A stretch of DNA of 64,000 nucleotides from Lingula anatina (Eukaryota > Animalia > Brachiopoda): assembly GCA_051362555.1 (NCBI GenBank), contig CM120646.1:17174001-17238000 (forward strand), in the 5' to 3' direction. The translations under genes were made by a program, and so were the position numbers. Below are positions 63,906-64,000 of the stretch, in pieces; position 1 is the stretch's first letter, and each line of letters opens with the position of its first letter. The notes under the pieces are model-generated. The model was not told the DNA's origin and did no database searches. It was given only the letters and a program-made list of their open reading frames with translations.

Positions 63906-64000
63906 CTTGAAACAGAGAGAGAGACATCAGAAATAAAATACATATGACAAAGATACATTCTACATGAAATGAAAGATGAGATAAGAACAAAGACTATTGC

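Overview
Eukaryotic (animal) genomic DNA: AT-rich, with GT-AG introns, microsatellites, MITEs and a tRNA-derived SINE. It looks like a marine invertebrate, possibly a mollusc or other lophotrochozoan, but the taxon cannot be fixed from sequence alone. Bases 1-33.6 kb are the CpG-depleted 5' part of a large minus-strand gene: promoter near 33.6 kb, small 5'UTR exons, a 1.9-kb first coding exon encoding a disordered N-terminus, and candidate alternative first exons. The CpG-retaining 33-62 kb block holds an orphan multi-pass membrane protein gene whose CDS lies in one exon, and a ~10-kb tandem duplication. Each copy encodes a type II membrane protein with an unusual architecture: TM anchor, stem, degenerate GT32 domain, polysaccharide pyruvyl-transferase-like domain, and an intact GT32 (A4GALT/A4GNT-like, DxD) domain. 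This fusion is the best candidate for an undescribed system, an animal Golgi enzyme that could both alpha-glycosylate and pyruvylate glycans. The two paralogues differ in stem-repeat number, in the N-x-G-D motif, in promoter/exon-1 structure and in TE insertions, including a fossil Tc1. All domain calls come from motif recognition by eye, not database searches.
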